Shown here piece by piece: positions 19,901 through 28,900 of a stretch of 64,000 nt of DNA (positions are counted from its first letter, which is position 1; the number at the start of each line of letters is the position of its first letter). Origin of the DNA: a virus. The position numbers and the translations under genes were made by a program. The notes under the pieces are model-generated. The model searched no databases, was not told the origin of the DNA, and saw nothing but the letters and a program-made list of their open reading frames with translations. The stretch spans positions 135,764 through 199,763 of IMG/VR virus record IMGVR_UViG_3300018890_000001; one strand, 5' to 3'.

Positions 19901-22900
19901 GATCGCCCGCAGTATCGCCCGCAACCGCACCGCAAATACAACAGCCCCCAACAGTAACGCAACCAGAACCTATACTTCAGATCTCAGAACAAGTTCAGGA
20001 AACGCAAACAATCTGGCAGCAGATGTGGACTAGGATTGGTGACTTGACTCAGCAAGGGATCGATCGAGTTCGTCGGGCGATCGAAACGAATCTCGGTGCC
20101 GGAGTGCTTGCTTTTGTCGATAAACTTGGGGTAATCGTCACTACCTTTGTTCAACATTACATCACGATTGCAGACGCTTTTAAGGGACAAGGCGGAAATA
20201 ACTTTGCTGCACCTTTTGTTGGAGCCGCTTTAATTATATGGGAAACCGCTAAAGCTGCTGGTGCGCTTAGTAAAGAGTTTATGCACTTTGAAGAAGGCTT
20301 TCTTCACAAGGTGATTGATAACTTTAACCTTCTGGGATTTACTGCATTAATGCTGTCATCAATGTTGATGAATTTAGTGACAGTACCTTTTGAATCTTTG
20401 AGAGCGTTACCAGGACTTCTTGGTCTAATTACTGGTGGAGTCTTGTCATTTTTTGGGCTAGGTAGTCAAAAGCTTTTAGAAGAAGGTGCGAGTAAATATG
20501 TTAGTTTCCTCAAGGTGTTCGATCGCCCAGGGATTGGAACGGCAATCGCTAAAGGCTTGCCAGGTATTGTGGCAATACTGATGGGAATGAACGTATTTGA
20601 GGATTTAACCCAGCAATGGACAGCAACTTTAATTGGATGGTCTAATACCTTACCTCAGATAGTAGAGGGTGCCGTAGTCGGTCTTGAAAGCGTTTTCAAT
20701 CTTGTCGAGCCGTTACTTCGCTCTGTTTACCCAGAAGGTATCAATATATTTCCAGCAGAAGAAGTGCGCGGTCAAATCTATGCAACTCTTGGCGAAGTAG
20801 GTGCTATTTTTGCAACTTTTTGGCAAAACATTGCAACTTCGGCAGGTAAGGTCGGTGACGCTATTAAGCCAATCTTTGAGGCGATCGCCACAGTCAAACT
20901 AATGACCGTCCCGCAGTTATTCGCAAACTACATGGGTTTTGGCGATGCAGTACAACCAGTCACCAACTTCATTCACAGTCTACCGCTGTTGGGAATGCCG
21001 ATTGCTGAACTTACGGTAATCGAAGCGGCGATCGGCGCTATTTTTGATTTGCTCAGGAGTCCTACGCTTAAAGGGTTTGTTGGGTTTTTGACTGGTCCGC
21101 TGTTTAATTCGCTAGTGGTGATCGGAAAAACTTTCTTCACGCTTGGCAGCACTATCGCTATTGCATTTTTGGGAATTCCTATTTTTATAGCCAAGAATGC
21201 CTTAGAGAAAGCAAGGATTGCTGGAGAGGCAACCAAAAAGGGATTGTTAGCTCCGCTAGTAAAAGGTGCTACGGTCGCAAAGCAAGCCGTAATAGATCAA
21301 CTTAGACTTCTGCCTGGAATGATTTCTGGGTTGTTGCGGAAGATTCCAATCATAGGAACTTTCGTTGCAAGTGCTTTTGATATTGCGATGCGCGGAATTG
21401 GAAAAGTATTCGTACTTGCGCAAGAAGCGCTTCCCGGATATTTAGATGCAATGCGTAGTCAGTTGGGTGTACTGAAAACTGCTTTCGTAGGCTTAGGAGT
21501 TGCGCTTCAGGCTGTTGGTATGAGTTTGGTGGGGGCCGCTAAATACATCATCAACGAAGCTTTGATACCTCTCGCTGAGGCGATCGGATTTTTGAATCCG
21601 TTCAAACTTATAGCGTTGTACGCCCAAACAAAAGGTTTGCAAGGCGTGACTAAAGGTGTTAACCCGATCGACTTGGCTGTAACCGGAATTGATGATGCGT
21701 TCGTTGCTATAAGCACAAAACTTGGTGCGTTTGGAAAACTAGAAGGGGAAGCACTGAAAACAGCTCAGGGTGCTTTTAGACCGTTGAGTAATCTTTTGTC
21801 AGCCTCAGTGTCAACAACAGCCAAAAACATTGCCGATCAAGCTAAGAATGTGGCAGGTGCGGTGGCTGGAGGCACAGGTGAAGCAATAGATAGAGCGTTC
21901 CCGATTCGAGTGTTGAGTGCGAAGTTGCTGGCGGTTCGCAAGACTTATTTAAGCACTAAAGCAGCGCTAGCCTACGACAAAGCTTATGTTATGGGATTTA
22001 ACTTAGGTCCGGTAACAGAAGGCTTTGTTTTGATGCGGGCCGTATTTGTTCCGATGCTGCAAATAGTTGCTCGTGCAGCGTTTTCTTGGATGACCTATTA
22101 CACGGTACTAGAAGCGATTACTCCTGCGTTGTTAAATACCGTTGATGCTTTTGCAAGAGCGCATACTGAATTGGGATTTTTCTCGAAAATCATACTTGGC
22201 ACTACCTTCATCCTCCGAGTGCTGCGTTTTGCGGTAGTAGATACGACTAATGCAGTAATAAAATTTAGTACAACCTTCTTTAAGACATTTCAAGTCCTTG
22301 CACCCATCGTCGGAAAAACTGCTGGAATTATTGCTTACGGAATCGGATTAATTATCAAAGGTGCAACTCTAGGTGTTCAAACTCTGATGACGGTCATGTT
22401 ACTACCTGTGGTGGCTGTCAGTAAAGTCATGCAGGGAATTCTGATTGCCGTTAAATATGTTACGCAGCAAATAGCAGCAGAAGTTGCTTCATTCGGACAA
22501 CTGTTTGGAAACTTGTTATCAGCAATTACTAGAGGTGATGTTGTTGGTAGTATAGTCGCACTTGGCCGCTTGATTCCTACACTTATTCAGTTCGGAATGG
22601 CGATCGGCTTTTTTAAACTGAGTCGTTTTGTGACTGCGGGGGTAATTTTTCTTGCTGGTGCGGCTGTGCGGACAGCTAAAGATGGTATTACATTATTTGT
22701 AACTTCTATTGTTCCTTATACGTTTAATCTTGCTAGACGTGTGGGAATGGCGATTACGCACGGAATTGTCGTTGGAGCAAAGCAGGGTGCTTCTACTTTG
22801 TTTTTCATTTTTGCAGCGTTAGATCGTGCGATTACTAGAACTGGAAATTACGTTGCTAACGCCGTAGGTATTGTAGGTGAAAACTTAGCGCAAATGCGGG

Positions 22901-25900
22901 CTTGGGCGGCGGTTGGTTTAGCTACATTAGGTGCGATTGGTGCTGCGATATATATTGTTGGAAGTCATTTTAATGTCGTTGCGCGCTCAATCCAATTTTT
23001 TGGGTTACTGGGTGGGTCGATGAGTCTACCGATGATTGCTGGCTTAAGTGCGATCATCTTTTTGTTTTTGCAAACCCAGGATGGTTTCAGAGAACTCAAC
23101 GCCATGATTGATGCGCTCAACCATCCTGTGAAATGGTTGCAAGACAGCATGGCAAACATCGCGAAAACGTTTTCAGGTGGAATTAATACCGACTGGATCG
23201 CCTTCTTTGTCGAAAAACTAATCCGCGTCATCCCGATCGTGCTTGGTGGTATCTTCTTACTCGGCTTCGCAGTCAAAAAGCACATCTTCGGTGGTTTCAT
23301 GCTGGTTTGGGATGTTGTCAAAGGAATTGCCAATAGCTTGATTAATGTCGTGCGATCTGCGAAGGCGATTCCAGGTGCAGTTATGGGGATTGGTACGGAA
23401 GGACGGATCTTAGAAGGTGTCCACAAAACCAGGTCTACCCTGGGACTGTACAAAAATCCGCAATCCAAAGACGCGCGTGGAAATGAATTTAAACTCGCCA
23501 AAGAATCCGCAATGCTCAGGGAAAAAGTAATTGGAAATTCCCAAGCACAGATTGTTACATTGGCGCAGCAGCAAAAAACAGATTACGGTCATCTCGCTCG
23601 CGAAGTTGAAGTTACAAAAGGTGGCTTTCTTGGCGTCGGTGCGCGCAAGCAAAAAGAATGGCAATTGACTGGCGCAGGTGAAGAATTTCAACAGAAGCGG
23701 TTGGCTGAAACTCTTGAGGCTAAGACTGGTGTTTTTGGGAATAACGCTTTAAGAGATGTCGCTAAAGAAATCTCTCCTGCGCGTTTGGGAATGATGCAAG
23801 GTGATGAACTGCGGGCGATCTTCATTAAAGATCGACCGGATTTAGCAGCATTAGGTCGTGCTCTCGAAACAATCAAGACGCAGAACGTTTCAGTGATGAA
23901 CGTTGCCAGAATGAACAGTGGTAGTGGTAATGGCACAGGTAATCAAAGTATTGAAAATATTAAATACGGTAGAGCGGAATTAGAGCGGTTAAATGTCAGA
24001 GGGCTAGAAGGTGGTCAAGACAGTTTCGCGTCAACTGAACTCGGTGCTGCTCAAATAACGAAAGCGCTTAAGAATCTGAATGTTCCAGCAGAACAACTAA
24101 CGGACAACTATACAAACCTCAGTTCTACAACCCAAAACACGAGAAAGTTCATTGAGCGATTACTGCAATATCAACTCGCAGCAGCAAGCGGAAAAATAGA
24201 CAACAAAGCTGCCCAAGGTGTCGCAAGTGCCACGCACTTACAAAATCAATTCAAGCTCGATACTGTGGACAGGAGCAAGATTGGAGATCCTGCGCAATTC
24301 CATGAGTTGATGAAGGATAAGGTTGCTGTATTGCAAGCCGCAATACGTAACGGGAGTCATGCCGCGCTAAAGGATTTCAATTTTGATGATGTTGCAAATC
24401 AGTTGAAAGGTGCAACTAGCGAGGAAGATTATCAGTTGCGATTAAAAGGTGCGATCCAAAACATGATGGGGCATCAGCTAAAAACTGTAGAGAACACGTT
24501 TAACCAGACACCTACTATTTTTGAGACAGAAGCTTCTAAATTGAGAAGCATTGCAGGGGAAACGCCAGACAAGATTTCACACGGATTGAAGGGGATCTTT
24601 TCGGATGTTATGGGCGGCATTGGTCAAGCATTTACCAATGCAGCAAAAAAACTTCCCGGTCGCAGAGAGGGATTGTCGAATGAGGCTTTGCGGGCGATCG
24701 ATCGCCAGATTGCGGGCGTTGCACCGTTACCAGATCAAAGAGCGCAGGATTCGCGACGCTCAAAGCTCGAAGCAGCTCAGCGTCAGTTACGCGAAGGTCA
24801 GTTGAATTCCGAGAAGCAACAGCAAGTCTTGCAGAATATTGCAAATTTGATCCAGCGCGACGTTTACGAGCTAACACATCCGACAATGAATCCGGAACAA
24901 CTTCGAGCGCGCGTAGATCGGGCAAAAACCGAGCGCGAAAGACTGTTTAACGGAATGCGCGGAGGCAACAAAGCTCTGGAACAATGGATTACTCAATTTA
25001 CGGCAGAAGAACAGCGGGCGATTTCTCAACAGATTAAGGAAGGTCGATTCCGAGGTGGTGCTTTAACCACTAGAGGAGAAGACCGAACAATAACGGAAGG
25101 AACACAACGGAGAATTGTCGCTACTTATAACAATAACGAGGCGAGCTTAGCTCGCGCGCTAGGCTACGAAAATATCAAACAAGTAGAACAGGCTTTTTCT
25201 ACTGATGAGGTACTGAAGAATGCTAAGCAAGGTTGGGGTGCACAACTGAGAAGTCTCATCGGTATTAACGAAGATGCGAACGCATACAACAAGCAAATTG
25301 ATGCTCTTCGGACTCAAATAGACCAGCGCGTAGCAAGACAGACATCTGGATTTGCAGAACGCGAAGCTCGACGGAATGCTGCGATGGCAAACCGTGAATC
25401 GGGTTTCCTTGCACAACTAAATCAAGTTGGTAGAAGTCGTGCAGATTTTACCGCACGACTTAATGCCACGCAGCAAAAGGCATTTGATGATTTCCTGAAA
25501 ACCGGAAAACTACAATCGACAAGACCCGACGAGCAGTTTAAGGGAATGGCTAAACAGTTGGGGTTTGGAGAAGATGACGTATCAGTACAAGCGTTCAAAG
25601 ATTTTCAGGCTGCATTGGGCAAGTCAGAAAATAAAAATATTGCTGAATATTTTAAAAATGCCTTGAACAACGATCCAGAGAAGCTCAGGGGTACAGGATC
25701 TCCTTTTGTTGCCGCAGATGGCACTCAAATAGACAATCCAAACGAACGAATAAAAGAATTGATCCGAAATGCTGTTCCGCCAGAACGACGCGCTGCGGCA
25801 TGGGATCAGTTAGAACGAATGAGTGCTAATCGACGACGGAGTAGTCAAAATCCTGATGCACTACAAGCTTGGGAACACGCAATTGATTATCTTGCAACAG

Positions 25901-28900
25901 GTCGAGATACTACTGATTTGACTGTTGATCAAATTGCAGAAATTGGTCGTGCAATGGAATTGCAAGGTGATAACGAATCTGTTGCAATGCAGTTGCGCTC
26001 GATCGCCAACCAAAGAAATACGGGATTTGGATCTATCACTGACAGCATCAAGAGTTTCTTGAAGAATATTGAAACTGATGCGGAAAGCGTAGAAGAATAC
26101 ATCCACAACCGATTGACGGACATGAGTTCGTTTAGCGTATTCGGCGTTCATCCGTTTGCTACGCTCAGTGATGTTTTGCGAAACGTACTGTTCGAGCCGA
26201 TAGTATCCCTAGTAAAAGGAACTTGGAAATGGCTAGCAAATGCGATCGGCAATATTGGTACAAATGCTGCTGCGCTAAAGGCAAGAGCTACTGGAATGTT
26301 GGCTTCCCTGCCTGGTGTTCGGACTTTTGCACAAGCCCGCCAGCGACGCGAAACAGATCGCCAAAGCAGCTTGCAGAGTTTGAGTGCAAAAATGGGTTAC
26401 GAGAACCAAGAGAAATTTGCAGAAGAATTTAAAAAAGCCTTGGCTTCTAGAGGAATTACCGAAGGTCGTCTACAGAACAAAGCTTTGCAGGCAATTCTCA
26501 ACAGCAGGCGATCGAAAGGTGTGGCAGAAACACTGAACACCAGTCGCTTTCAGGAAATTCAAGACAATAGTGGCAAAATTGGTGAAGCTTTGGCTGCAAC
26601 TCTTGGACTTAACGGCAGTCCCGAAGAAATCGCGAAGCTTTTGGCACCGGGTGGATTTACAACTAGAGCTGTATCACCGCTGAGAAACTATTTCCTTAAA
26701 GCTGTAGTTCCGGCGATTGTTGATGTGGGTTTAGCTCCGCTGAAATTAATGTGGAAGATTGTCAGGAATCCAGGTTTGTCGTTGACAGCAATAAAAACTA
26801 AAACAGGTCAGATTGCAGATGCTGTTGCTGACTTCATGGTTTCGTCCTACACGACGATCCGCAGAACGTTTTCGTATGCAGCGACGCAGCTTGGTAAGGT
26901 TCCGCTGTTCGGTAAGATATGGGGCGCGGTTTCTGGCTTCTTCGGTAAGATTGCGTCGAGAATTCAAGGGATGGCAGCACCAGCAACTACGCAGCGACTA
27001 CGAGAAGAACAAGCTCGTAGACGATCGCCCGAAGTTAACTTGTCTCGCGCTCGTGGAGGTACATTCCCAGTAGAAAATCTACCGGATGCACCGCAAGCTG
27101 AAATCCAAAGATTGAACAATACGATCGCCAGCTTGTCTCAGTTCCGCGCTCAAGAAATTTCGCGTTTGAATCCGTTCAAGCGACTGCTTGTTTTTGCAAC
27201 AACAGCCGCTAGGGGGGCGAAAGAGGCTTGGAGGCAAACAGCAGAAGAAATTTCAGCAGGTGGCTGGCGCGGATTGGTCGCAAGATTCAAGCGCATCGGG
27301 TACTTACTGAAACGCAATATCTCAGAAGGATCTCCCGGACCTTCTGCCGACACTCGCGCTAACTGGGAACACACCCAGCAATCTGTTAGTGCAAACATGG
27401 GTGAGATGGCTGCGAGTGCACAAGTCGCGGGTCAACAAATTCAAGGTGATATGCAGCGGACGGCTCGACGCTCTGCCGGATTCCTGGGAGCATTACATGG
27501 TGCGGTTGCTGGTGCCGGGAAAGCAGGTATGGCGGTCGGTGGTGCAATTACGGCGATCGGTTTTGCCGCGCAAACTGCCAGCTACTCGCTTGTTAATATG
27601 GGGCTTTTAGATGAAGCTAGTGCAGCGAACCTCAATAAATTCCTCGAAATCTTCACTCTCGTTGGCGCGGTCGGTGGATTGATGGCTCCTGTGATGGGTG
27701 CGATCGTCTCCAGCGTCATGGCGATCGGATCTGCGTTTGCTTTAATCTTCAATCCCGTCACGCTGACAATGGCTGCGATCACTGGTGGCATTCTTCTAGC
27801 TAACGAAGGATTGAAGCGGTTTGCCGGCATCGACTTGCTCGGTCCACTATTTACCAATGTGCAGGAACCGATTCAGGGGACGATCGCCTTCATTCAAGGA
27901 AAAATTGACGAAGTGTTTCTGTGGATGACCGACAAATTCGGTACGCAACTTAGTCCAATCCTCGAACCAATGGGCGCTGCTGTCGCGACAATTCAGGGCG
28001 CGTGGCAGGGATTTGTTGATTGGTTTACTGCGATGCCTTTGGTGCAGACGGCGATCGACATCGGTATGGGACTCATTAACGCTCTCAACCATAACCCGAC
28101 GGTTCAGATTCCGCTGGCGTGGGAAGGGGCGATCGAAAACATCAAGGGAATGCTGTTCAATTTGCCATTTGTCGGTGACTTGATCGCTGGCTTAATGAAG
28201 GATTCGCTTGACCCTACAAAAATCCTTGGTAATTTATTCCAAGGATTCCACAATATGCTGGATCAACTAGAGAGCAGCGGTCTTGCCAGATTTGGTGGCG
28301 GTAAAATGCTCGATGGTTTGCGCGGATTCCTGGGTGGCTTTGGCAAGAAGAAAGCTGAAGTGGCAACCGAAATCCCAGTCGAAGCCGGTGTCAAATTGAA
28401 TTACAAAGAATCGCTGGAAGCCGCTATCCGACAAGCTGATTTCGACGCACGTTCTGGTTCCGCGACTGCCCAGGCAGCATCAGCAAACTTGCAGTATCAA
28501 ATGCAAACTACAGGTGGGCAAATGGACGCCAACCAACTTGGCGCTGCCTATCAAGGTGCGGGTGGAGAATTCTTACAAAAGGCAATTTCCAAAGAAAATA
28601 ATCGTCTTTTCTTAGATCAAGGTGCAGCAGCTAAAGAAAAGCGCGCATCAATTGAGCAAGAATTGCAGACTATCAACCAAAAAGAAGTTGCGCTGCAAGC
28701 GAGTTATGTACAGGCTATCGAAAAAGTCCAGGTAGCCGCAGCAGCTCCGGCACCAACTAATTTCATTCAAAAGTTACTGGGGGGTGGCGACCAGGTAGCT
28801 AAGTTTACGGCTCAAGCTGAAGCGGTTTCTCAGACGATGGTTGCTTTGAAGGAACAGAAGGTGGCGATCGAAAAACAAGTTGCTGCTAGCAGTGTCGTAT

